A stretch of DNA of 64,000 bases from Setoptus koraiensis (GCA_048013815.1 CM106585.1:17794001-17858000), one strand, 5' to 3'; counted from the stretch's first letter, positions 24,019 to 36,349 are shown. The notes: generated by a model from the sequence alone, not told the origin. A program made the numbers and translations.

Positions 24019-24765
24019 TCAGCCATTACCTGAGAGGAAGCTGACTGGTTGCGTTGAAGAAGGTTTAGTTTTTAGGCTTTTCTTGCGAGATTTTTTGCTT
24101 TTTTTTGCCGGCGCGAAATATTCTGACATGGGTGCTGGTGACTTGGGAGTAACGTTTTCCGGCGGTGTTATGGTATCTGTATCAGGTGCAATGGGAGTTG
24201 GCGCATTTTCAGTTTCGTTGGGCAGGGATCTAATTACCGTACTACTAACGGGATAGTTGACTTGATCTCCATCTATACGTTTGTGTGTCAAAATAATGGC
24301 GTAAATGGCCAATGGAACTATAAAAATACTAATGGCTACTAGTGTGTAAAACAATGTAGGTAGTATGCTGCCATCCGGAAATGCATTCTTTATATATTCA
24401 CACGTAGAAGGTTCGTGTAAGGTAAAATATTTAATTTGATTGAATGCATAGTCAACATCAAAATAACATTTCATATCACCATCGACAGCAAGGTGGAAAT
24501 ATTTAGTTTTAGCATCACCTTTAATTTCTACATTTGATTTGATGTGATGAGTAAAATCTATAAGAAAAGAACTGTCACATTTCGCTAATTGTACCATTCT
24601 GTGCAAACCTCGAAAATAATTAGCCAGAGCCCTGTTGTCCTCAGAAAGATTTAATTTTTTTATATCGTACTGGCTGCAGCTTTCTTCGCTTTTCGAAATG
24701 AAACAACACAGTAGAAAAACTGCTATCACAATAGAATGGCCACCAAGAGCATGATATAATTTCAT
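24019..24765 (-). CDS. Hypothetical single-pass membrane protein with Pro-rich and basic tail
   Basis: Signal peptide, ectodomain with 4 Cys, TM ILPTLFYTLVAISIFIVPLAIYAIIL, tail KKSKKSRKKSLKTK. Confidence 0.7.
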   Translation of the reverse strand: MKLYHALGGHSIVIAVFLLCCFISKSEESCSQYDIKKLNLSEDNRALANYFRGLHRMVQLAKCDSSFLIDFTHHIKSNVEIKGDAKTKYFHLAVDGDMKCYFDVDYAFNQIKYFTLHEPSTCEYIKNAFPDGSILPTLFYTLVAISIFIVPLAIYAIILTHKRIDGDQVNYPVSSTVIRSLPNETENAPTPIAPDTDTITPPENVTPKSPAPMSEYFAPAKKSKKSRKKSLKTKPSSTQPVSFLSGNG

Positions 24766-25338
24766 GATGAATATGTCTTATTTTGTTACGATTGGCATTC
24801 AATAGTGAGCCAAAATTAAGTGATCGATCCGAATTCCAGCAAGATTCACGGTAGTAGAAGTACTAAGAGTGGTATCAGTAATCCATATTTGCACCCATAT
24901 GTTAACCATTACTACACTAGCATAAAACAATGTTATTATTAGTGTGATTTTCAGTACTGGCAGACGCACTCCCCGGTAACTTAGCATCATCACGAGACCA
25001 GTTATGAAACGAATCACAGTTTATTGAATTATTTCGTTTATTTATTTTTGCGTGCTGAAGATTAATTAGTTTCTCTGCGCATTCACCTCTTATCAGCAAT
25101 TTTATCCCATAGAAACTCGAATAGAAATTCATATTTTAACCAAATTCATATGTTATCACCATTCTTGGTGTGCTTGAATTGGATTTTGTTTAATTTATTG
25201 ATTCTTCAATTTGGCTTTACCACCAATAACAACAGTCGCATAATGTATTGAGCACAGTAATATAAAGAGAATGTTCAAGTTGCAGCTATATTATGCAATA
25301 ACAAAATAGTAAGAAAACTATTAATGGAATTAGCACTA

Positions 25339-27153
25339 CTATTCTTCATACAGCCAGCGTCCATTGAGCGCCCCAAATGTTTCAAATGAGTGGCTATCAA
25401 AATTATCGAGAGACATCAGTTCAGATCCGTAGTCTAATACATTATCATAGAGCAGTCTAGAATTGTTGTCTTCGTAAATGCTTTGTTCACAACGATCATT
25501 CAAATGTATCCCATCCTCACTTGTATTATATCCACCATCTAATTGTTTTGTATCAGAGCTTGCACGAGCCTCTGGAATGTCCACCTTCGTCTCAATACAA
25601 ATATCAGTATCTTCTAATGCGCTATTCATGTCCCTGACAATATTTTCAAAATTTGAATCATCGCTATATTCAAACAATTTTGGCTCACTGACAATCATTA
25701 TATTGTTACTTGTGACCTGTCTAGAATCGTTAGACTGGAGTGAGCAGTCATTATTATCACTTAGTTCAGTATTTTCCTTCTCGTCGTTGACACTATCACC
25801 AGGAATTATCTCTTTCGCATTTAAATCCTGATCTTCTTGTAACAGCAGCGAATCTTCTGATCGATTGTTGTTGTCATGATCTCGGCCTGATTGAGATAAG
25901 CAGTCGTCAGCAGTGGAGCTATTCTTTTCTTGCTCAGTCGTGTCGTTTTTATTCAAATCATCACCAATCAATTTTTTACTAAGCTCTGATAGTCTGTCTT
26001 TATACTGATCGACAAATCTGATAAGGGCTTGCTCTTTTTCCATTTTCTTGGTCATGCGTCGGCGTTTTTTTGGTGCCATACTGTGTGCAACAATACTGGA
26101 CTGATCGTCATCTCCGTAACTACCTTGATTACATAGCGAACTGATTGTCGTATGACCATCGCAACTATCTACATCTATCTCAGAATCGACTGTCTGACTA
26201 TTGTCTATGTCGAGTAGATTAATGGAGTCACCATTTGTTAACTCATATTGCAACATCATTGAATTGTTACTCAAAGCCAGTGATGGCGCCGGGGAAGGAA
26301 CTAAAGATAATGAGTCGGCTACTTGATCAAGCAGTTGATCGCAAATAACATTTGGGTTATCATCATAATTACTAAATCCGACGTCGGATTGTACTGTTGC
26401 TACTTGTGATTGGTGTTGCTGGAACATGCTTGAGCCATTGTTTTTATCTATATCTTGGGGGTCTAATTGAAATGAAAGATCGCTACTATGGAACAAGTTG
26501 ATTGTGTTGCTGGTGTTGTCGTAAAAGTATTGCCCAGTTTGAAGATCCTGGTGCTGCTGGAACAATTGATCTAATTGGGTGACTTCGTATTCGAAGCCGG
26601 CCACTGGTACAACAATCTGGGGCTGCAGTTGTGGTTGTTGTTGGTTGTTGAGTGTCTCCGATGTAAATGGTGCGAAATCTGTGCTACAATTGTTTTGCCC
26701 ATTATTATTACTATTAATATTATTGTAAAAATGACCAGTGAAATTGGTGCTATAGTTACCGGTAAAATTTCTGCTATTATGATGAGCTGTTGAAGTGGAT
26801 TGTTGAGCTTGATATTGAAGTTGAGTTGGCTGATTCAACTGATGACATTGTTGTTGCAATGTTGTTTGATGCAATTGTTGATTAGCTGTACCAATGGGTA
26901 TTAGACTATAGTGATCGGCAGGACAGTTTATTATATTGTTAGATCGAACCTGATGAATAGCAAATGGCCTGTAAAAATTAGTCTGACTAGATTGCCCATT
27001 TGTAAATTCGCGTCCATTTATTATATTAACACTTCCATTGATAGGATTTGACGCCGGTGTTGCTTGTATTTCGGCCAAACTCAAGCCTAAAGACACATCT
27101 TGATTAGTGATGATGTTGCACGGACAGTAATGAGAGTTGAACCGATGCGACAT
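25339..27153 (-). CDS. Hypothetical Gln/Asn-rich and acidic disordered protein with NLS-like motif
   Basis: 604-aa ORF: Q/N-rich N-half, PKKRRRMTKK, acidic C-half. Confidence 0.65.
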   Translation of the reverse strand: MSHRFNSHYCPCNIITNQDVSLGLSLAEIQATPASNPINGSVNIINGREFTNGQSSQTNFYRPFAIHQVRSNNIINCPADHYSLIPIGTANQQLHQTTLQQQCHQLNQPTQLQYQAQQSTSTAHHNSRNFTGNYSTNFTGHFYNNINSNNNGQNNCSTDFAPFTSETLNNQQQPQLQPQIVVPVAGFEYEVTQLDQLFQQHQDLQTGQYFYDNTSNTINLFHSSDLSFQLDPQDIDKNNGSSMFQQHQSQVATVQSDVGFSNYDDNPNVICDQLLDQVADSLSLVPSPAPSLALSNNSMMLQYELTNGDSINLLDIDNSQTVDSEIDVDSCDGHTTISSLCNQGSYGDDDQSSIVAHSMAPKKRRRMTKKMEKEQALIRFVDQYKDRLSELSKKLIGDDLNKNDTTEQEKNSSTADDCLSQSGRDHDNNNRSEDSLLLQEDQDLNAKEIIPGDSVNDEKENTELSDNNDCSLQSNDSRQVTSNNIMIVSEPKLFEYSDDSNFENIVRDMNSALEDTDICIETKVDIPEARASSDTKQLDGGYNTSEDGIHLNDRCEQSIYEDNNSRLLYDNVLDYGSELMSLDNFDSHSFETFGALNGRWLYEE

Positions 27154-27229
27154 TAGTTGTATCTATCTATTCATTTGAATTATCTTCAAATCCTACTACG
27201 CACAATATAATTTAGATCTGTGATCGATG

Positions 27230-27508
27230 TTAACCAACAACGAAACTCTTGCTTGTACTACTCAATCCTTTATTGGTGCCCGACAAGAGCTTATTTGCCT
27301 CACTATTCGCGGTTGTCGTCGTTGTAGTGGTGGTGGTATTTGTATTTGATTCTGGTTCACCTAGATTCTTTTTGGCTGGTATCCTATATACTCTGTGCTG
27401 ATAAAATTGGACGCAAATAATGTAAACAGCTAATATGATGCCTCCAGCAATTATAATAACTGCTATTAATAATACCAATATTAGCAGCGTATAACTGATC
27501 ACATCCAT
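27230..27508 (-). CDS. Small N-terminally anchored membrane protein
   Basis: 92 aa; long hydrophobic N-terminal helix followed by basic residues and a poly-Thr run. Confidence 0.55.
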   Translation of the reverse strand: MDVISYTLLILVLLIAVIIIAGGIILAVYIICVQFYQHRVYRIPAKKNLGEPESNTNTTTTTTTTTANSEANKLLSGTNKGLSSTSKSFVVG

Positions 27509-28384
27509 ATAATATTGCTGCTTCGCACAGCGACAATTCTCAACATCATAGGTTGATGGGAGATAATTCAGACAAATGACATTTAAAGTTGGGAGCGGGT
27601 GGATCCTTTATACGCTTTTCTATGTGCTAACGAGTCACTTGATGAGCATCGACTAAGTTGCTGAATATATAATCTATTTCTCAATTTTACCAGATCTCGT
27701 TCGTTTCCACTTGTTTATGAGGAATGTTGTCTTGTATCTTTTGTTGGGTTATATGAAAGAAACGAATACAATGCAGCTGAAAATGACCACATGATAGAAT
27801 ATGTATCGTCCACAGAGATAAACAACAACATCAATTAAATAGTATTACACCAATACGACTAATAGCGAAGCGAACTATTGTTTTCTTGTTGCCAGTCGCG
27901 ATGATCGTCTGGCGCGAGGCATCATGCCTTTCAATGACGCGTATCACGAGACTCAAATCTTTATCATCGAATCGATGAAAAAGTAGGCGACCAAAACAGA
28001 GCGAAATAGTAGCAGTGCTAACTGGCTGTTGGAATGATGATCTGAATTCGTTTCTGTGATGATCAACTCAAAAAAAAAATGTATCTCTCCGGAAACAGCC
28101 GGAAAATGCGCAAGTTAGTTACGCGTAAATTGGTGACTGGGTAGGATTAGTTGAGAACTTTCTCAGCTGACTCTTTAAGACAAACAAAAAAGAACCGATT
28201 TGCGATCGCTGCAGTTTTCTCTGGTGATGAAAAATAAACCTTCGATATATTGCCAAATATGTATTGTAGGCACGGTGAAATATCGAGGATAACAACAAGT
28301 GTTTATTCAAGTGATTTTATAACGAATGATTTAACATTTTGTGCCGATAATCATTAGAAAACAATCAATGGCTTTACAATAGTA

Positions 28385-31300
28385 TTATATATTTTGCAAG
28401 ATGTGTACTAGTTTCTTTGTTTGATCGTGCATTGTTCTCATGTAGAGTTTTGTTTGCCATAATGCATTAATCAATTGTTCATCACGTTTGTCATCGATTG
28501 GAATAATTGTGGTCAGAGGTGGATTAATTCTGAAATAGGCCACATTCAAACTAGAACACCACGCTTGGGCCCGATCAGTAACGTGATCCTCCGTTTGGCA
28601 TGACTGGCTAACTAAAATCTTGAACATCTCTCTAACTGCCCTGAGAGACCTTACCAATTCAACAGGCGAAAATACCGTGGCCAAAGCAGACGACGACAAA
28701 CCAACAAAGTCCGTGGGTCCGTTTGCTCTCGAAATAACTCGAGCTCTGCCAGTGCCCAACGAAACAACAAGGCCCAGTTCCGGCGCACGATCCGCATCTT
28801 GAATAATGGCTTTGTCTTTTTGGGACGCTTTTTTCTTTGCTCGTTTGTCGGTAGTAGTCTCTTCGGCTTTTCCGTTTGCCGGACTTGATGGATCCCAAGA
28901 CGAGGCAGCGGTATTTTTGCGAATCACGTCTAAACCTATATGATTGCAACATTCTGCATGCTTTATATCAGATTTTGTCGCACCGCTAGTTTGATTTTTG
29001 CTTTCTTTGCGTGACGCAATTTGACGGCAATAATTTGTCATAACCGACACTACATATGACGGAACTTTAGTGAATCTATTACCTTTTTCTTGCCCCTTTT
29101 CTGTGCCATACTTTTCTGGGGCGCTTTTCTGTGCTAACTTGCTGTCTCGTCCGTATTTGTCCAAACGATTTATTGAGTCTTTATTGTATGACGATGATGA
29201 CGACGAACCTTCGAATTGTGACATTGCGCCAGTTTCAGCTCTGGAGTCTCGATTGTTACTGCGACTTAGCGACAATGGATATTGATTTGGTCTGGCCAGA
29301 TTCCTATCTAGAAATTGGTGTGCACTCATATGACTGAAGAATTCACTCATCAAGTCCAGTGTGGGATTGTTTGCAATTAGACCCCCGTCCAGATAGGCTC
29401 CGTATGGTCGGAAATAGAAGGGCGCAGCGCCAGAGGCTCGAACTACTTGCCAGATGAGGGGATCGCTTTCGTCTTCGTGTATCACAACAGAGGATTGCTG
29501 TTGTTCTGAGCCTGGCGTATGGTCGTGAATTTCACTTTCTGTTGTATAACTGTTAATAACTCGCGCTACTTTGCCTAGTGTATTTTTACCGGAAATCAAT
29601 GTAGCGCTCTGAACTGATGATGATAATTTGATAGCAGCCGAATCTATTGCATTGAAATCAATGAAATCGTTAACTGTTGACGACGAATCGCTCAGTTGGG
29701 ACACATTCAGCACGGGCGGAGCCTGTTCTAAAGGTAAAATGGGCCCTGGTGGTTTAGGTGGTGCAGATGATGATATCGATGATGATGTAATACTACTAGT
29801 GTTGGTGGTGAATGCTTGCTCGTCGTCACTATCAGTGGATCGCTGACACTTGGGTGTCCGTTGGCGGCGTTTGGTTTGTTTAGGCGAAGAGTTGTGCGTT
29901 TGATTGTTTGTTGCTGTTGCTGTTGCTTTTTTCGATGTTGATGAATTATCAGACTTGGTGGTTGCTGTTTGTTGCTTGTTGATTTGCAGAGTTTTATCAG
30001 TTTTAATAACAGTAGGCAATGAATGAGACGAAATCTTGTAGAAGGGCGAATCGAAGCCGTGCTCGTTGAGTAACACCGTAGACGACTTGTAATTTCGAAA
30101 CATTCTCAACTGGCACGGATCTCTATCGGCCAATACTGTAGGAATGGCCATATTGCACGTCTTAATATCGGACATTTTTGTTTGGTGGCCCAATGTTCGT
30201 TTTAGTACTCGCTCTAAATAAGCAGCACTGTACGGTCTACTGCCAGTAAATATCTCATCTTTTGTGTCGAAACAAATGCGTCTCATGTCGGCCAAACTTT
30301 TGCCCTGTGCCAAACCAATGGCCATTAGCGAGCCAACACTGGTACCGCTAACCCAATCGAAATAGGACATAAATGGGTGCGGAAGTAACTTTTCAATTTC
30401 AATCAAAATCTGGGCCACTATCACGCCTCGCATTCCGCCGCCGTCAATGGCAAGCAATCTTGACTTTCTCACATGAGTCTTTTGCTTTGACGCTTTTGTG
30501 TCCTGCTGACTTTTGCTTTTGTTGTCCATTTGTTTTCCTCCAGCGAATGATTGCTCCAATTGTTCCAGTAGTCCATCAAACATGAATTTGTTATAATAGG
30601 ATTCATTTTGATAGCAAGGCCATCTATCGTACGAGTTACCATTATAGGTACCGTTTGGGCCGCAACCAGGCGTGCAGCAAGTGATGAGGGATTTCTTTTT
30701 TGCTGCCTTATTAGTGCTGCTGTTATGCTTCTTGTCATTAGTAACTCCTTTGCCTTTTTTATCCTTCACCTCACTTCCGGCGCTTCGCTGCTTCTCTATC
30801 GTGCTGCCAGGCTGCTTGCCTGTTGTGCCTGTTGTTGTTGCTGCTGTTGTGGCTTCGGCTTCGAATGATCGAGACAGCTCGTTTGTGCATCTTTCGGCAC
30901 CGATTTCTTGTAACATGGACAATATTAAATGCGAGGCCGATGGCTGATTTTCGTGCCGCTGACAAGCGCTAGCCGCATAATGACGAGCGCTGCGATTGGT
31001 GTTGTCGCGATGATTATAATCGGCATCGAAAACCAGCAATAACTGTACCATTGTTATATTATTTAATTTGCACGCCATTATCAATGGTGTCTCGCCAGAT
31101 TCATTTTCGCAATCGACCTCGGCCTCATAACACAACAAACCTATCACTATGTGCAATCTTTGCCTGCGAACCGCCACATGTAATGGCGTCTCGTGTCTTG
31201 TATTGACACTATTGATTGGTATTTCTAATCTGATTAGTTTGTCCAGCGATCTACGTGTCTTGCACCAATGCAACGGACAGCCACCTAAGTGCATGTCCTT

Positions 31301-32287
31301 GGTGTCAAGATCGTCGACTATTTGTTTGCTCAATTGGCTGGAAGTCAAACTGTCCTTCTGTGCTGTCGTCCTGGCAGCTTTTGGCGTCGAATGCTTCGGG
31401 CATCTCTTTTCATCTGCTTGCAGATTTTGATTTCCCTTAGTTTGTTGTTTTGATTTAGTTCTAGTCTCATCTGAATTACCGAATGCTTCCAAGTGGCTGC
31501 CAAATGGTGCCGATTGTGGGACAGCTCCAATAGATTGGTCGTTTGATCCCGAAGAGGCAACAACTGACGATTTCTGTCCAATTTTGCTAGAGTTCTTAGA
31601 ACTAGGCGCTTCATTTTTCTTATTCATTCCACTGTCGCTTTTAGGTGCTCCACTCTGACGAATTGCAGGCAACAATGTTGTCGCAATGTTTTTTTCGTCA
31701 GTGCTCGCATCGGGAACATTCTCATTATCACTATTCTCCTGTTGTATTGGTGGTAGTGAGAAAGACTCATCATCTTCCTTATCAGCTGTATGCTGCTGAT
31801 CTTTTTCCTTGTCCATTGTATCACTAATTATTGCTGAAATCAATACTTGGTTGGCTTCGTTGCCCTTGCTGTTTTGATCATTTTTTTTGCCACTTCCGGT
31901 TAGACGAGAGAAAAATCCCGCACCGATTGTTTTTTTCTGTTCATTTTTGTCTTTATAATGGTGCCTTCTCAGATGACAAATCTCATGCTGACAGTCCGCT
32001 GATGTATTTTTGAGTGAGTGCTGCTCTACTACTTCAAAATTGTTGAGCGAGTCTCGTGATGGGCTCGTATTAGCAGAGTCGCTTGAAGTGGCCGAGACGG
32101 GTGATATGTGACGATTGTTGTATTCGTCATTGATGTCCTTCAATAAGGGTGAATTTACAAAATTAGGTATCGCTGGCGTTGTGTCATAGTCGTCATCTTC
32201 ATAAATTCTCGAAATTGCTATTGCTACAACAAGCATTACTAGAGCTATGAGAATAAAGAATATGCACGCTACGATGAACACAATCAT
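28385..32287 (-). CDS. PLA2G6: Calcium-independent phospholipase A2 (iPLA2-VIA; ankyrin + patatin) with extra N-terminal TM
   Basis: Ankyrin repeats (GGCPLHW, ETPLHVAV, ETPLIMAC), DGGGMRG, GTSVG (GxSxG), YLDGGLIANNP, AWCSSLNVAYFRINP. Single 1300-aa ORF. Confidence 0.92.
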   Translation of the reverse strand: MIVFIVACIFFILIALVMLVVAIAISRIYEDDDYDTTPAIPNFVNSPLLKDINDEYNNRHISPVSATSSDSANTSPSRDSLNNFEVVEQHSLKNTSADCQHEICHLRRHHYKDKNEQKKTIGAGFFSRLTGSGKKNDQNSKGNEANQVLISAIISDTMDKEKDQQHTADKEDDESFSLPPIQQENSDNENVPDASTDEKNIATTLLPAIRQSGAPKSDSGMNKKNEAPSSKNSSKIGQKSSVVASSGSNDQSIGAVPQSAPFGSHLEAFGNSDETRTKSKQQTKGNQNLQADEKRCPKHSTPKAARTTAQKDSLTSSQLSKQIVDDLDTKDMHLGGCPLHWCKTRRSLDKLIRLEIPINSVNTRHETPLHVAVRRQRLHIVIGLLCYEAEVDCENESGETPLIMACKLNNITMVQLLLVFDADYNHRDNTNRSARHYAASACQRHENQPSASHLILSMLQEIGAERCTNELSRSFEAEATTAATTTGTTGKQPGSTIEKQRSAGSEVKDKKGKGVTNDKKHNSSTNKAAKKKSLITCCTPGCGPNGTYNGNSYDRWPCYQNESYYNKFMFDGLLEQLEQSFAGGKQMDNKSKSQQDTKASKQKTHVRKSRLLAIDGGGMRGVIVAQILIEIEKLLPHPFMSYFDWVSGTSVGSLMAIGLAQGKSLADMRRICFDTKDEIFTGSRPYSAAYLERVLKRTLGHQTKMSDIKTCNMAIPTVLADRDPCQLRMFRNYKSSTVLLNEHGFDSPFYKISSHSLPTVIKTDKTLQINKQQTATTKSDNSSTSKKATATATNNQTHNSSPKQTKRRQRTPKCQRSTDSDDEQAFTTNTSSITSSSISSSAPPKPPGPILPLEQAPPVLNVSQLSDSSSTVNDFIDFNAIDSAAIKLSSSVQSATLISGKNTLGKVARVINSYTTESEIHDHTPGSEQQQSSVVIHEDESDPLIWQVVRASGAAPFYFRPYGAYLDGGLIANNPTLDLMSEFFSHMSAHQFLDRNLARPNQYPLSLSRSNNRDSRAETGAMSQFEGSSSSSSYNKDSINRLDKYGRDSKLAQKSAPEKYGTEKGQEKGNRFTKVPSYVVSVMTNYCRQIASRKESKNQTSGATKSDIKHAECCNHIGLDVIRKNTAASSWDPSSPANGKAEETTTDKRAKKKASQKDKAIIQDADRAPELGLVVSLGTGRARVISRANGPTDFVGLSSSALATVFSPVELVRSLRAVREMFKILVSQSCQTEDHVTDRAQAWCSSLNVAYFRINPPLTTIIPIDDKRDEQLINALWQTKLYMRTMHDQTKKLVHILQNI

Positions 32288-33236
32288 TGTACATATTAAT
32301 ATGAACGGTCGTTGCCACTTAAAGTAAATAAAAAGTTAGGGAGATATAATCAATTTGAACAAAAACTAAATTTTTTCTTAGTAGTGTCAGAATTCGGAAT
32401 ATAAACAACATCAGATGGAAAAACTTTATGCATTACAAATACAACTTATGGTTTTTGTGTCGTAATGCCCGGCGCGAGAAATCGGGCGTTTCGAGAAGGT
32501 TTGATTGGTTGTTTGAGGTTCATTTGAGTTTGATCATCTGAGATTTTGTCACGCGGTATCCCATATCCAATCTATTCCGCCAATCAATAAAAATTTTGCG
32601 GCATAAGAATTTGATACCAATGCTCACTACGAGATCAAGAAGGTAGAATTAGCAGCCAAGCCATCAGAGAGAGCATAGATTTTTCATGAAGCTCAGGCCA
32701 CACCAAAATAGTTTGAGTAGATTCTCTCTAGAAACGACAATGCTAACTGCTCATTTTTCATCGATGGAAATCTCCACACAATGAGCTGGTACGCATATCA
32801 TCCATTTGTGACCTTTTGGTCACTGGGCAGGACAAGAAAAGTCTTATAAATTATTGGTAAAAGCAAACTAGATTTCAATGTTCGATAACAACTATCCCAG
32901 AACAGAGCATAAACAAAGGAATTGTTCGGAAACATAGTCAACTGAAGCAAGTCGAGATTTCAACTCTACAGTGCACAGTCTACACCCGTTGATTCGTCAC
33001 TGTCCTCCTCGTTTCACACTAGCATTACAAGAATTAGAAAACTATTGCATAACTATTAAGTTACTGAAGAAATAATGGTTCGTAGCTCTCGAATGTGTCT
33101 TAGCTATTTCGGTATAGCAAGGACTCCGAGAAATCATTTATCATCTTGCCACATTTATTTACATACACAGATTCTATCAACTTGTATTTTACGTCTATAT
33201 GCTACCTGACATAGCGGGACTACAATTTTGGCCACA

Positions 33237-36200
33237 TCATTTCGGTTTTTTTGATGCTTTGGGGGCAACTGTTGAAGATGCTTTAGGGGCAACTGTTGAA
33301 GATCCAACTGGTGTGGGAGAGCCACTTTTTTGTTCGTTCGGTAGCAAATCGCCAAATACGAAGCCAGTCAGTCGCCCTTTACCCGAGGCTGTTCCATTGA
33401 GCGTTGTATAAATAGTATTATTAGCCTCATATCCGCTCGATGTGATGGCCAGCTCAAACGTTTCGTATGCTGGTCCAATTTTAAGCTTGGCACTGCCCTT
33501 GAATTCCTTGCCGCCACCATGTGTATCTCTTCTCTTTTCTAATTGATCCAGGAGCGATTGTGGCATAGTTATCATTGAGTCATCGCCAGAATCCTCAAAC
33601 TCTCCCAATTGCTCTATGTCACTCTCTTTGGGTATGACTATTTTCAGACTGGCTGGCGCCGTTTGTTTCAGCGTCACCGAATCCGCTGATAAAGCGCCAC
33701 CCACCAAGCCTGTCCTAAAGCCCTCTGTTGCTCCAGCTATATATTCATTGAAAAAGAATCTTATGTTCGTTAGCTTGCCACGAGACAATACAAGACGTAT
33801 ATAGGCATCAGAGGCGGCCATTATGGCAGCACTGGCGCCCACTATGGCTCCTGTTTCAGAGCCTGCCTGTTCGCCGGCGGATTGGGCATATTGCAATAGA
33901 CGGTTAGACTCTTCAGTGTCCTCGTCGGCGATATTTGCATCTTTGGCGCCCGCCGAACGTCCCGCGACTCCGCCAATATTACTGCCCAATGTTATGCCTG
34001 AATATTATTGTAAAAGTGTTTGATTAGAAGTGTCGTTACTAACTCAAATGGTTGAAGTTTATAAATAAAGAAACGACGAAAGGCTATTTGCCCGATCCGA
34101 ACAATCAATGATTTCGTGGTCGCGTTCAACAAATTCACGATTTCTCGATATCCATTATTGGAGGCAGCAACAAAATCAACTCACCTATTGCTCTTCCGGC
34201 CTCCGCTGCTGCACGCCTCGTAATGATTATGCCAGCGTTTGGGCTCATTCTCAGGCCCACCTTGTAGCCCTCATTGATGGCTGCATAGAATGCACTCTTG
34301 GCGCCCTCCACCATACCAGCTTTGGCACCAACGCGCTGCTGTTTCTCTTCTCCGTCCGCTTTGTCGGGTCGTTCCATCTCTAATGTGGCATTTCTGGCAG
34401 CATTAAAGCCAATTTTCGAGCCAATATCAAAGCCCATCGCTGCGCCGGCAGCAAACGGATTTTTGATATCGCCAAATTGTATGGGATTGTCACCGAGAAT
34501 ATCTTTCAAATCCATCCATGAATCAACCTCGCTCACCTTACTTGCATCGCGAGTTTTCTCTCCGCCATGAATAGTCAAACCACGCCAGCCTGCCTCTAGT
34601 CTAGGTAAACACAATGTACACAATCTTTTGCCCACTATAGAATTAAGAGGCTGACGAGCTCTGTTCAATTCTTTCACTAGATTATGAATAATTTTATCTC
34701 TAATTTGAGTGGTGGGTCCCCTACTCAATATGAGACGCCATCTGCTGCCGATGACAAAACACAATGCTGGCACTTTGTTTTCGAATTCTGCTTGATCGCT
34801 CAATTTGGTTCCTGGTGATAATAATGGCGAGTTGCCATTACCATCGCTCTTGTGACGAAGCAACCTCGTGATATAACTAGGCAATGATTGCGAAAACTGT
34901 TGGGTAATTGTTTGCAAATGCTCACCGATGAGTTCATTTTGCTTTGTTTCGCCTCGCAGACGCTTTAAAATACCTGACACTACTTTAATTAATCTCTCCG
35001 GAGAGGTCAAATTCACAAATAGATTATGGTTCCACAGTGCATTGCTCGGCAATGGGCCCACCAATCTGTTTGGCTCTACAAAACCTCTCACTAGATTAAC
35101 CTTGCCACCAAGCTGTTTGTAGGTTTTGCCATTGCTGTTCGTGTCTTGTTTCTCTTTACCTGATCATGTCATCACGTATGTGTGTGTTATAATATTTATG
35201 TTTTTTTTTTGCAAAATTATAATCATAATATGACAAGGAGTAACATGATTAAATATCGAAGTATAACCAACAGGTTGTAAATCAGGTTCTATTCCATTCT
35301 AGACCATTCGATCGATGCTCACCTTTGTACTTATCGTCGAGACCCTCTTTCAGTCCATAATAAACACGTCGCAGTAAGTTTTTTTGTGCCCGTTCACTAA
35401 AAGGAAACGTATCGATTATTGCCGGCACTGTTGAATCTCGTCCCGATTGATTGAGGATGTCGCGTAAACCCAATGAAAAGGCATCCAAAAGTCTTGCAAC
35501 AAATATCGTCGGTGAGCTACTGGCTTTATCAATGTAATCTTTGTTCTTATCGCTCAAGTCGCCCAACCAAGATGCTAGTTCTCGGCCTATGATTGTCATT
35601 GTTAAGTCTGTTGTATTTAACACGACATGATCATCCTCTCGTCCAACTGATGATTGACCGGCAAGCCCTGCTTTAGATGTAGACGGGTTGGTGATTGGCG
35701 ATTCGCTTGCATTGTCTAATATTTCCATCAGAACCCGAGCCAGATTACTCGGATCAACCGTAGACTTATCGGCGGCATGAATAAATACACTAGAGGCCTC
35801 ATGAATTATCTGTGACCATCTACTAACGATTTTTCTTCCCAATTCTATAGTTGTACGGAGTAGATAAGCTATTTTCAGGCTATCATTCATGTGATCCATA
35901 GAGGCCTCTATCATACTGAAGGCTGTTGCCAGACGTTCTCCTGTAAGTAACACTCTAGGGTCACTAATCTTGTAGCCATCTTGATCATCTAAAATAAAAT
36001 TCAAATCTTTCTCCACCACTTTTGCATTGGCGGATGAACTATTACCAGATGACGGCTTATCATTTAGTTTACTTGAAACCTGATCATGCGGCCCGGTCAC
36101 TAGCGATCCATTTTTGGTTATAAAATGAAAGTTGAAAAATATAATGATGATCAAAATCGAGTTAAATTGATTAGGAGATTCATATTTATATTCAATTAAT

Positions 36201-36349
36201 TAGTTTAATATCGCTCGATAGTTACCTCCAACATCCGTTTTTTCGGCTTGGAGACAACTTGCGAATACAATGAGGACAACTAATAATATTATTTGCAAGA
36301 CAGATTGGAATATTTTCTGCCTGTTCCACCTGTTAATAGGATCCATCAT
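33237..36349 (-). CDS. Predicted 878-aa secreted protein with multiple glycine-zipper segments (4 exons)
   Basis: Exons 36349-36226, 36099-35323, 35159-34185, 33997-33237. All introns are GT-AG and phase 1, and the frame is continuous. Exon 1 encodes a signal peptide (MMDPINRW...IILLVVLIVFASCLQA). Confidence 0.75.
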
